Of a stretch of 64,000 nucleotides of DNA, positions 48,483-57,447 are shown in pieces. The notes beneath the pieces are model-generated. The model was given only the letters and a program-made list of their open reading frames with translations. It ran no database searches and had not been told where the DNA came from. The DNA comes from Candidatus Latescibacterota bacterium. GTDB lineage: Bacteria; Latescibacterota; UBA2968; GCA-2709665. Numbering within the stretch: the stretch's first letter is position 1; every line of letters starts with the position of its first letter. The position numbers and the translations under genes are program-made. The stretch covers positions 1,184,001-1,248,000 of the forward strand of contig OZ242180.1 in assembly GCA_965205485.1 (NCBI GenBank). The letters run 5' to 3'.

Positions 48483-49546
48483 CGTGCGCAGCTGCCCGCT
48501 GCCCGGAGCTGCCCGTCGCTGGCGCGTACGGTGACGGTATACCTGTCCCTGGCCTCGTGGTCGTACGCAATCCCCTCCCTCGTGAGCAGCTGACCCGTTC
48601 CCACTTCAATCGCAAAGCTGTCCGCGTGCCCGCCGCGCAGGCGGTACGTCAGCGAGTCGCCGTCGGCGTCCGTGGCCGTGACTGGATCGCCGATGGGTTG
48701 CCCCGCCGGCGTGTTCTCGTCCACGGTACGTGTCACCGGAGATGTGGCGGTGAACACAGGCCCGCGGTTGGCCTCTTCGCCGAAGCTGCTGGCGAAGAAC
48801 ACGAAGTCCTCAAAGCCGATGCCGCCGTCGCCGTTCAGATCGTACGCCGCGTCGTACTTCCCGTCGCCCTGCCGCGTCCCGAAGATGCCCGCGAACGCCA
48901 CGAAGTCGGAGAAGCCCACCACCCCGTTGCCGTCGAAGTCCGGAGACGGCGACGCGGGTACCTGCAGCGTCACGCCAACGGCAGCAGAGATCGTCTCTGT
49001 CTTTCCGCCGCGGGTAAGTTTCGGGTCCGCCAGCCAGACCTCCGTATCAGAGAATGCAGTCTTAGTGCTGAAGAGCAGCGAGCCGATCCAACCGGAGTTC
49101 GTAGTTGCGGAACCGGTCAGCGAAGAGACACCGATACCCAACGATGAGGAGTCCTGCCGTACGACAGGCTGGGCGTTCGGCAGCGCGTCGCCAGCATCGA
49201 AGCCCTCGTAGGAGACCTGCGATGCTTCGAAACGCAATCTCGCGGAGACACCGGTGGCGCCCTGGATATCCGTGCCGAAAATCTGGATGGTGAAAGGCTG
49301 ATCGGGAAGGAGGTCGAGCGAGGAGACGGCCTGATCGCCTGCTGAATCGTCAAGGTCCAGCGTGAGGGAAAACCCGCTGGTTTGCGTCAACGGCGACCAC
49401 GGAAACACGAACAGCAGTAGGCAAAACAGAATGAGGACGCCGGGCGCGAGCCGTTGTAATCCGACATTATTCTCAGGATCGTTGTCGCTCACGGTCAGAC
49501 CCGCCAATGATGTGCCTCCCACGCATAAGCCCGTGCCGGTTTCCAA
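48425..49546 (-). CDS. N-terminal part of the same giant protein: signal, cohesin-like domain, dockerin-like pair, cadherin; out of frame with 41265-48482
   Basis: FSLTLDLDDSAGDQ, ARLRFEASQVSY; PDFDGNGVVGFSDF/YDLNGDGGIGFEDF; frame break near 48500. Confidence 0.8.
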   Translation of the reverse strand: METGTGLCVGGTSLAGLTVSDNDPENNVGLQRLAPGVLILFCLLLFVFPWSPLTQTSGFSLTLDLDDSAGDQAVSSLDLLPDQPFTIQIFGTDIQGATGVSARLRFEASQVSYEGFDAGDALPNAQPVVRQDSSSLGIGVSSLTGSATTNSGWIGSLLFSTKTAFSDTEVWLADPKLTRGGKTETISAAVGVTLQVPASPSPDFDGNGVVGFSDFVAFAGIFGTRQGDGKYDAAYDLNGDGGIGFEDFVFFASSFGEEANRGPVFTATSPVTRTVDENTPAGQPIGDPVTATDADGDSLTYRLRGGHADSFAIEVGTGQLLTREGIAYDHEARDRYTVTVRASDGQLRAAGSCARCWASRTTSRITIGIPLTW

Positions 49547-50260
49547 ATGTCGCGTTTACCGCGCACTTGGACTCATCCGCGATCTCACTGACTGCAGCGC
49601 GGTGGTAGGTGCAGGCGATTCTGTGATATCGAAGGCAGCCCACGCCGGAACTTCGCAGGCAGTACGCGGGCGTCAGGAAGTGTCCGGAGTATTGGTAAGG
49701 CCTGCCCCGTAGCGAACTGTTGACCATAATACACGTAAATGACACGCGAATATATGACGTTACTTCGAATATAGGAAACTTTTTTGTTTTATATATGTAA
49801 TATTCGTGATGTTTGTTCGGGGCGGGAGTTGCAGAGGATTATCCAGCGGGGGATTTCCTGGCAGGCGTCACGGAACGTCCAATTGGGCGGAACGCGTGGA
49901 TTGCCCGGAGTACATACGGGAGGAAAGAATCGAATCAGTCGAGGATCCTGGACGAGAGATCAAGCATCCACATGAGCGCCGGGCCCAAGGGTGATGGGTG
50001 TCTATGCGTCAGCGAAAGCCGCGACTTCGAGTCGGCGTTGCAGCCACTTGTTGGCACCGCCCGATCGCTGACCGATGTCATTTGATGGTGCCGTGCCGTT
50101 CCTACGCGCATACACCTCTGCCGATCCGCTCAAGGCCGACATGCCAATGTGGATCCAAGTGGAATCGTGGTGTACGAAAGCGTGTACGTTCGGCAACGTT
50201 ACGCACGGCATCAAACATTCGGATTGACTTTGATTATCTAAATATCTATTTTAGATATTC

Positions 50261-51421
50261 ATGTATAATCGAATATTAAATTTAGATTTGATCGGACAGC
50301 AGACGTGTTTTCTGTGGGGGCCGCGGCAGACCGGCAAGAGCACGCTCATCCGTTCGCTGTTTCCACGGGCAAGGCGTTACGACCTCCTGCTGGCCGACGT
50401 GTATCGTGCGCTGATCGACCGCCCCGAGTTGATTCGCGAGGAATGCCTCGCTGAAGGATTGGATGGCGACTCGCAGGACGATCCCATCGTGATCGACGAA
50501 GTCCAGAGGATTCCTGAACTTCTGAATGAAGTCCACTGGCTCGCGGAAAACAGGGGGTTGCGGTTTCTATTGTGTGGTTCGAGCGCGAGGAAGTTGAAAC
50601 GCGGCGGTGGCAATCTGCTCGGCGGGAGGGCGGTCCGGTATCAGTTGCATCCATTGGTTACTGCCGAGATCCCGGAATTTTCGCTCGACAAGGCACTGAA
50701 TGGCGGTCTGCTGCCCCGTCATTACCTGAGCGCGCGGCCGCGCAGGTTGATTCAGGCCTATGTCGGCGATTACCTTCGGGAGGAAATCGCGGCCGAAGCG
50801 TTGACGCGGAATATCCCTGCATTCAGCCGGTTCCTCGAGGTGGCTGCGCTATCAAACGGCGAGTTGATCAACTACAACACGATCGCCGCGGAATGCGGCG
50901 TGAGCGCGCCCACCGCGAAGGGGTATTTCCAGATCCTGGAAGATACTATGATCGGGAGCTTCGTACCGGCGTTTCGCAGGCGTGCAAAGCGCCGCGTTTT
51001 CGGCGCGCCCCGGTTCTATTTCTTCGACATTGGCGTGGTGGCGTGTCTGACAGGACGCGGGCACGTCCATGCAGCTTCGGAGCTCTTTGAACGCGCTTTC
51101 GAACACTTCATATTCATGGAAGTGTCCGCGTATTCCAGCTATTCCGGGACGTTTTTCCCGGTATCGTACTGGCGAACCGCATCCGGTCATGAGGTCGACT
51201 TTATCTTTGATGACGTCGCACTCGAGGTCAAGTCGACGTTCCGGATCCAGGACAGGCACCTGAAGGGCATTCGTGCATTCAAGGAAGAGTTCAATATGGC
51301 CCAATATATCGTCGTCTCACGGGAGGAGGCGCCGCGCCAGACCGCGGACGGAATTCTGATCCTGCCGTGGCAGGATTTCCTCGACCGGCTCTGGGGCGGC
51401 GGGATCGTCCCGCCGATGTAG
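50261..51421 (+). CDS. AAA ATPase with DUF4143 (PD-(D/E)xK-like) C-terminus
   Basis: GPRQTGKST Walker A, IDEVQ Walker B, GSSARKL, FYFFDIG, YWRT..GHEVDF..ALEVK. Confidence 0.92.
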   Translation: MYNRILNLDLIGQQTCFLWGPRQTGKSTLIRSLFPRARRYDLLLADVYRALIDRPELIREECLAEGLDGDSQDDPIVIDEVQRIPELLNEVHWLAENRGLRFLLCGSSARKLKRGGGNLLGGRAVRYQLHPLVTAEIPEFSLDKALNGGLLPRHYLSARPRRLIQAYVGDYLREEIAAEALTRNIPAFSRFLEVAALSNGELINYNTIAAECGVSAPTAKGYFQILEDTMIGSFVPAFRRRAKRRVFGAPRFYFFDIGVVACLTGRGHVHAASELFERAFEHFIFMEVSAYSSYSGTFFPVSYWRTASGHEVDFIFDDVALEVKSTFRIQDRHLKGIRAFKEEFNMAQYIVVSREEAPRQTADGILILPWQDFLDRLWGGGIVPPM

Positions 51422-51543
51422 TCGCTTGTGCTCAATATCGTGCGCGCTTCCACCCACCGACTGTCGCCCTTCCCATCCCTCCGCTCTACTTTGCCGCCGG
51501 ATTTTTCTGCCGTCCCCTGTTCAACTCGTTCGACCTGACGGCG

Positions 51544-52404
51544 CTATCCCACAATGGCATTGATGTCCTGAACGACGATATCCGTCGCGCCCAGGGTCCG
51601 GAGGCGTATCAGAAGGCCGGCCGTCTGCGATCTGGGAACGACGGTCTCGATCGCGCTGGCGCAATCCGATAACCGGCTGAGCGTGGGCGCGCGCAGGGCG
51701 GGCAGCGCTTCCAGGACCGCATTTGTGTGAATTTTATCGACGTTCAACTTGATGAGCTGCTGGTTTTCGGCCTCGAGCGCGCCGGCCATCAGGTCTCCCA
51801 GCGCGACGAACTCGGGAATCCGTCGGCGCGCGATGACGACGATGGGCGATACCATGAACTCATCGGCGATCTTGAGACCGTTTTCGCGAAGACTGATACC
51901 CGTAATCGTGACGCCCACGCCGTAGTCGAAGAGCTTCATCGCCACCTTGATTTCCGTGCTTCCGTGCGAGAAACCGATATCCGCATTCGGATATCGGTCG
52001 CGTGTGATCGCCGGGTATTCGGAACTGATCGTAACTGTCGCATCTTGCGACAGTGGCGGACTGTCCGGCCGCCCGAAAAGGACGACACGGGCCGGATCCC
52101 GGGTATCGCGGCTGATCCGCAACTCCTGGAGACGCTGAATGTGGGTTTCGCCCTCGCCTGTTTGCGCCAGTTCGGTTTCGACCACGCAGTCCAGCCCGCA
52201 GATGCCGCAGTCGATCTGTCGCTTCAGCAGGGCGGCGGGAATGTCCTGGGGACGCATGTAGACGGCCTGACTGAACAGATCGAGCCCGTCCACGCAGACC
52301 TGGCCGTTGCGTCCCCTGGGGCGAACGTCGAGACCGATTCGTGAGAGCAGGTCGCACAGCGGAGCCTGCATGCTGCCGTTGGGCAGACCGAGCGTGAAGT
52401 TCAT
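51544..52404 (-). CDS. hisG: ATP phosphoribosyltransferase (long form)
   Basis: LGLPNGSMQ, RPQDIP, DCGICGLD, SEYP, SHGSTE, TGISLRENGL, LPALRAPTLS. Confidence 0.88.
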   Translation of the reverse strand: MNFTLGLPNGSMQAPLCDLLSRIGLDVRPRGRNGQVCVDGLDLFSQAVYMRPQDIPAALLKRQIDCGICGLDCVVETELAQTGEGETHIQRLQELRISRDTRDPARVVLFGRPDSPPLSQDATVTISSEYPAITRDRYPNADIGFSHGSTEIKVAMKLFDYGVGVTITGISLRENGLKIADEFMVSPIVVIARRRIPEFVALGDLMAGALEAENQQLIKLNVDKIHTNAVLEALPALRAPTLSRLSDCASAIETVVPRSQTAGLLIRLRTLGATDIVVQDINAIVG

Positions 52405-52407
52405 GGC

Positions 52408-52836
52408 TTACTCCGGGATGGTTTTCGGATCCGTGAATCTGAGACTTCCGTTGACTATGCTTCGGTAATAACATCCATAGCGCGATCGATCGTCGACTTT
52501 CGTGTGGCACGACCCCTCGCCCCTCAGGCGCACCAGGTAGAGCAGCGAGTTCTGCTCGCAGTTGACGCGCACCTCGACCAGGTCGAGCATATCCCCCGAC
52601 GTCGCCCCCTTGATCCAGAGTTCGTTGCGAGACGTGCTCCAGAATGTCGCCACGCGGTGCTCGAGCGCGTGTTCGAGCGCCTGTTTATTCACATAGCCGA
52701 TCAGGAGAACGGCTTTGCTGTCTACGTCCTGCACGGCCGCGGGAATGACCGCGTGGCCGGTTTTCGCAACCCTGGACAGCTTCTCGAAATCGAGCCGGAT
52801 CTCCGTGCCCTCTTCAAGCGCGTTTTCAATGTCCAT
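52408..52836 (-). CDS. hisI: Phosphoribosyl-AMP cyclohydrolase
   Basis: FWSTSRNELWIKGATSG, NCEQNSLLY, SCHT, GCYYR. Confidence 0.92.
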   Translation of the reverse strand: MDIENALEEGTEIRLDFEKLSRVAKTGHAVIPAAVQDVDSKAVLLIGYVNKQALEHALEHRVATFWSTSRNELWIKGATSGDMLDLVEVRVNCEQNSLLYLVRLRGEGSCHTKVDDRSRYGCYYRSIVNGSLRFTDPKTIPE

Positions 52837-52870
52837 AGCGATTTCCTTCCTGCCCGGGATCGGCTGATCC

Positions 52871-53593
52871 TCAGGCTCTATCGATAATAGCGACGTATAT
52901 GGATCCCTTTTCGGGGATGAATCTGGAAATCCGCCAACCCGTGTCCTCGAGTATGAGCGCCATTTCTTTGCGGGAAACGATAAGATATTCGAACCAGGCG
53001 CCGATGTAACGCTCGTACCGGATCCGCATTCTGAGCTGACCCGGGAACTTTCCGCGCCTCCGGTTGGATTCGTGATAATCCAGATGCGCTCTGCTCGTGG
53101 TCGTATATGGATCCCGTGATTCGGCGATGATTCTCCCGTTCGACGACGTCATATTGCGCATCTTCCTCAATAGCCATCGGGCGCGTTTCAAATTGCCGAA
53201 CAGCCCGAAATTGTTGCCCATCATCAGCAGAGTGTCGAACTCCCCGAGCCGGAAGGATATCCGCGTCACGCTTAGAACGCCTGCCTTCCTCAGGCCGCGC
53301 TCGCGGGCGACCTGAATCGCAAGAGGCGACGCGTCGATGCCCAGGACGTCGAATCCCGCTTCCTGAAGATGGAGCGCATGTCGACCCGGTCCGCAGCCGA
53401 TATCCAGTACGCGACCCGACACATAGGCCATCGATTCCTGGTGGTGAGACGCCCATTCGCTGAAGGGCTCGAAATAGGCACATGACTTCCCGGCGGAAAT
53501 CAGCCCGTCGTCCCGTTCCACGATCTCCTGTGCCGGAGCGCCGCGATGGCAGTCCCACATCATCCGTCCGTATGCGTCGTTATCGTTTCCCAT
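52871..53593 (-). CDS. Class I SAM-dependent methyltransferase
   Basis: VLDIGCGPGRH, GIDASP, FDTLLMMGNNFG. Confidence 0.9.
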   Translation of the reverse strand: MGNDNDAYGRMMWDCHRGAPAQEIVERDDGLISAGKSCAYFEPFSEWASHHQESMAYVSGRVLDIGCGPGRHALHLQEAGFDVLGIDASPLAIQVARERGLRKAGVLSVTRISFRLGEFDTLLMMGNNFGLFGNLKRARWLLRKMRNMTSSNGRIIAESRDPYTTTSRAHLDYHESNRRRGKFPGQLRMRIRYERYIGAWFEYLIVSRKEMALILEDTGWRISRFIPEKGSIYVAIIDRA

Positions 53594-53668
53594 TTCCCTT
53601 TCTCCCAGAGATAAGCCAGACCTGTGATCTTGCCGTCATCGACGGATCCCTTGATTGACGCTGCCATC

Positions 53669-53698
53669 AAAAAAGCCCGCCGTCTCTCGACAGCGGGC
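53669..53698 (-). terminator. Attenuator terminator upstream of methyltransferase-hisI-hisG
   Basis: Minus strand GCCCGCTGTC-GAGA-GACGGCGGGC-TTTTTT. Confidence 0.85.
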
Positions 53699-53726
53699 GT
53701 CCATTTTCAACACTTGAAGTTCAGGT

Positions 53727-53870
53727 CTAGTCCACCGCCGAGCAGATTGCGCGAAAAGTCGCGGAACCCGTATGATGAGTGTGGCGATGGGCCGTATAGA
53801 CACACAGGGAGCCGGATGGACTGACGCTGGGTTCCCTCGGAATGACCTGGATGTTGTTCAGTTGTGTCAT
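53727..53870 (-). CDS. Putative His-rich leader peptide (47 aa)
   Basis: MTQLNNIQVIPREPSVSPSGSLCVYTAHRHTHHTGSATFRAICSAVD*; 4 His in 6 codons; stop 28 nt before the terminator. Confidence 0.7.
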   Translation of the reverse strand: MTQLNNIQVIPREPSVSPSGSLCVYTAHRHTHHTGSATFRAICSAVD

Positions 53871-53962
53871 AGGACTCGTAAGATAGATAAGCTGGACCCT
53901 TAAGTCAAATTTTTCGCACAGCAGAGCCCGAAGATGAAGTCATTGCCGACCAGACCGGCTGG

Positions 53963-54376
53963 TCAGCGTCCGCAGTCCGGCGCTTTCCCTTCGGTGGCCT
54001 GGAGACCCTCGGTTGCATAGCCGTCCCTGATCCACCAGTCCAACCCGCCCATGAGTTCCCTGACGCTGAAACCCAGTCTGGCCAATTTGAGCGCGCCTTT
54101 GGTCGACGCATTGCAGCCGATGCCGTCGCAGTAGGTTACATAGAGCGTGTTTTCGTCCAGCCTGGACGTGGTCTCCTCGCCCATCGAGCGGTGGGGCAGG
54201 CTTATGGCGCCCGGAATATGCCTTTCGGCGTACGCTTCGGAAGACCTCGCGTCCACGATGACCAAATTCTCGCCCAGATTCAACGCCTCGAAGACATCGT
54301 ACGAATCGATCTCGTATTTCAGCTTGTTTTCGTAGTGTTCGATCTGTTCTTTCACGAAACCTCCGGTCAATTGCAA
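53963..54376 (-). CDS. Rhodanese-like domain protein
   Basis: VDARS, HIPGAISLPH, YCDGIGCNASTKGA, LMGGLDWW. Confidence 0.9.
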   Translation of the reverse strand: MQLTGGFVKEQIEHYENKLKYEIDSYDVFEALNLGENLVIVDARSSEAYAERHIPGAISLPHRSMGEETTSRLDENTLYVTYCDGIGCNASTKGALKLARLGFSVRELMGGLDWWIRDGYATEGLQATEGKAPDCGR

Positions 54377-54602
54377 TATCAGCCAATGGTGGATGCGACT
54401 GAATGCGGCGATAAATTAGGAAAGCCTTGATTCGCGGTCAAGAAGTTCGTTCTCCAAACCGACTCGGCACACATCGCGGCCTCGCCCTTTTGCGTTGTAT
54501 GCCGGGGACGCATTCCCTATTTTACGGCGGCTTTTCCGAATTTCGCCTTCAATCCTGCCTATCCTGTGTATCCATGTTTGTTGTCGATCGAAAGGAATGG
54601 CA

Positions 54603-56363
54603 ATGTCCAACGTGAATCCCAATGCACTGACCGTTTCGATCGAGACGCCCATGCCGCCCCCGGAATGGGCGTTACTCGAAAGGGCGTTGATCCGGGCGCA
54701 GACGCGGGCGTGCAATGAATTCTTCCATCGTTACTTTGACTCCCGGGGATATCTTCAGTGCGTCCCCCGCTGGGGCGGCAACGACGGCCCGGACGACGCG
54801 ATCGAGAACCTGACCGGTTGGCCCATTCTGCACGCGATAGGCGCGCCGGACAGTATTCTTGAGATGTACAAGCTGGGATGGGAGGGGCACCTGCTTCAGT
54901 ATACCGAGGCGAAAACCGTGGAGGTGCCGCTGGCGCGGGACGGGATGTTATATAAGGAGTTCCCGGTAAGCCTGGACTGGTTCCACCACGGCGAAAGCCT
55001 GGCCGTCTTCAATTTGCAGGGACTGTCGGATCCGTACGATAACCGCTTTCGGCACCGGGCGCGCCGTTACGCGGGCTTCTACATGGACGAGGACCCGCAG
55101 GCGAAGAATTACGATCCGGAGCACAGGATCATCCTCAGCCTGTTCACCGGGAGCCGCGGGCCCCTGCTCCGGAAGGCGACGGCGCTGGACTGGGCGGGTG
55201 ACCCGATCGAGATCGAGGGACGGTTCGACCCGGCGCACGGCGAGCGCAATTTCGAGGAGATGCTTGCGCATTTCGAGGACTATACCGACGTGGTCGGCGA
55301 CCACCCCATCAATCTGGCGGCCACCACGCTCGGCCTCAACGCGTTTATGGTAGAGGGTGAGCGGAAGTACAGGGAGTGGGTACTGGAATACGTGGATGCA
55401 TGGGCGGAGCGGGCGGCCGCGAACAACGGCATCCTCCCCAGCAATATCGGACTGGACGGCACAATCGGAGGCGAATGCGACGGCAAGTGGTATGGCGGGT
55501 GTTACGGCTGGGGGTTCACGGTGGTCGTGCCCCAGACGGGTGAACTGTCCAACAGGAATGCAATTTCCCGCGGGGTGGCGGGTTTCGGCAACGCGCTGTT
55601 GTTGACGGGACAACAGAAATACGTTGACGTCTGGCGCGGGATGCTGGCAGCCGTAAACGCGAATACCCGCACGGTGGACGGCAGAACGATGTACCCGCAC
55701 ATGTACGGCGACGACGGCTGGTACGACTACAAGGAATCGCCCTACAGCCAGGGCGCGCTGGATGTCTACTACTGGTCGATGGACAGGAAGGACCTGAAAT
55801 ACGTTCCCGATGACGCGTGGCTGAAATACCTGGATGGCGAAAACGAGGGATTCGCGGAGGGGGCCCTGCGCAGGGAATTCGCGTCCATCCGCGAAAAGGT
55901 GAACGGAATGCGCCGGGATACCAGTTCGCCCGATACCCGGATGTCGGACGATACGCTGAGATTCAACCCCGCCATCAACAGCTGTCTGACCCAGTTGATG
56001 CTGGGTGGATTGAACCCCCGGTACGGCGAGCCGCTGCATTGCCGCCTGCGGTATTTCGACCCCGTGCGGCGGCGGGCGGGAATTCCGGAGGACGTGGCGG
56101 CGCTGGTGGAAGGGCTGACGGACGAGACGGCCACGGTATCGCTGGTGAACGTGAATCCGGTGGATCATCGAACCGTGATCGTCCAGGCGGGGGCCTACGG
56201 CGAGCATCAGGTGACCGCGGTTCGGTCTAACGGCAATACCCATTCAATGGACTGTCCGTTCTTCACGGTTCGACTGGCGCCCGGAAGCGGAAGCCGGCTC
56301 GTGGTCACCACGAAGCGGTACGCGAATCAACCGACGTTCGTATTTCCGTGGGATCGGGAATAG
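54603..56363 (+). CDS. Uncharacterised ~590-aa protein, possibly an (alpha/alpha)-barrel carbohydrate-active enzyme
   Basis: Long ORF with host-like codon usage, aromatic/acidic motifs WGGNDGPDD, DWFHHGE; AAGGA RBS; function not recognised. Confidence 0.6.
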   Translation: MSNVNPNALTVSIETPMPPPEWALLERALIRAQTRACNEFFHRYFDSRGYLQCVPRWGGNDGPDDAIENLTGWPILHAIGAPDSILEMYKLGWEGHLLQYTEAKTVEVPLARDGMLYKEFPVSLDWFHHGESLAVFNLQGLSDPYDNRFRHRARRYAGFYMDEDPQAKNYDPEHRIILSLFTGSRGPLLRKATALDWAGDPIEIEGRFDPAHGERNFEEMLAHFEDYTDVVGDHPINLAATTLGLNAFMVEGERKYREWVLEYVDAWAERAAANNGILPSNIGLDGTIGGECDGKWYGGCYGWGFTVVVPQTGELSNRNAISRGVAGFGNALLLTGQQKYVDVWRGMLAAVNANTRTVDGRTMYPHMYGDDGWYDYKESPYSQGALDVYYWSMDRKDLKYVPDDAWLKYLDGENEGFAEGALRREFASIREKVNGMRRDTSSPDTRMSDDTLRFNPAINSCLTQLMLGGLNPRYGEPLHCRLRYFDPVRRRAGIPEDVAALVEGLTDETATVSLVNVNPVDHRTVIVQAGAYGEHQVTAVRSNGNTHSMDCPFFTVRLAPGSGSRLVVTTKRYANQPTFVFPWDRE

Positions 56364-56365
56364 AA

Positions 56366-56572
56366 AGCTGTCAGCTATCGGCTCTCAGCCGTCAGCTCCC
56401 CGCCCTACCCATCCCAAAGGCGCACGATCCTCGAGGCGAAACCTGCCTTTCCTCCCTCTCTCCTCACAGGAGAGAGGGCCGGGGAGAGAGGTCTGCGGGG
56501 CAGGGTAGAGGGATTGCTTTTGATTTTGCCTATCGTTTTTGGCTGACAGCTGACCACTGAGAGCTGATAGCT
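56366..56572. repeat. Inverted 7-mer (GCTGAYA-type) repeat tracts flanking a CCCTCTCTCC...GGAGAGAGGG hairpin
   Basis: gctgtcagctatcggctctcagccgtcagc ... gctgacagctgaccactgagagctgatagc; similar tract at 14925-14955. Confidence 0.65.
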
Positions 56573-56604
56573 TTTATCGCTTTCATACATACGGAGGATT
56601 CGAA

Positions 56605-57447
56605 ATGAGTCTGGATATCGAACGATGGCTCCGCCGGCCCAAGATCGACGTGCACGCCCACGTCTGGAATCTGGACAACGAGGCAGACGAGGTGACGTCC
56701 GCCGAGCGGTTGATCTGGACGGGCGATTTGCTGGGCATCACCGAATACTGGTGTTCGTCACCCATTACGGGCGGGCGGCTTGCCAGTATTGAGGAAGTTC
56801 GCGCGGAGAACGATGCCGTGCTGAGGGCCATGAAGCGGTTTCCCGACCATATCCGCGGGCTGTGTTTCGTCATACCGGGACATTACCAGGACGCGGTGGA
56901 CGAGATCGATCGTTGCCTGGACGCGGGGATGATCGGGGTCAAGCTCTACAACCAGTACCGCATCGACGATCCGGCGGTGTATCCGGTTCTCGAACGCATC
57001 ACCGAGCGCAGGGTGCCGCTTCTCGAGCACGCGGGCCTGCCCACCTCCAGGGAATTCCTGGACGCGCAACCGCAGATTTCCAACGGACCCCATTTCGCGG
57101 AGATGAACCGGCGGTATCCCGAGGCGATCGTCATTCACGCGCACATCGGCGGCGGCGGCGACTGGGAGAATACCATCCGCGCCATGCGGGACACGTCGCC
57201 CAGCCTGGTCTGCGACGTCAGCGGCAGCAATCTTGACGATGGCCAGGTCGAACTCGCCGTGGCCGAAATGGGCCCTGAGAGGGTTTTGTTCGGCACGGAC
57301 GGCACCATGTCCGGCAGCGTGGGGAAGGTCATCGACGCAACGCTGACGGACGAGGAAAAGGACATGATATTCTGGGACAACGCGGAGCGGATCCTGGCGG
57401 CCCAGGGCGCGGCGCCAATCCGGACGGGGAAGGAGGCTTCGGCATGA
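56605..57447 (+). CDS. Amidohydrolase_2 family metal-dependent hydrolase
   Basis: IDVHAH, GVKL, AHIGGG, ERVLFGTD, DNAERIL. Confidence 0.88.
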   Translation: MSLDIERWLRRPKIDVHAHVWNLDNEADEVTSAERLIWTGDLLGITEYWCSSPITGGRLASIEEVRAENDAVLRAMKRFPDHIRGLCFVIPGHYQDAVDEIDRCLDAGMIGVKLYNQYRIDDPAVYPVLERITERRVPLLEHAGLPTSREFLDAQPQISNGPHFAEMNRRYPEAIVIHAHIGGGGDWENTIRAMRDTSPSLVCDVSGSNLDDGQVELAVAEMGPERVLFGTDGTMSGSVGKVIDATLTDEEKDMIFWDNAERILAAQGAAPIRTGKEASA

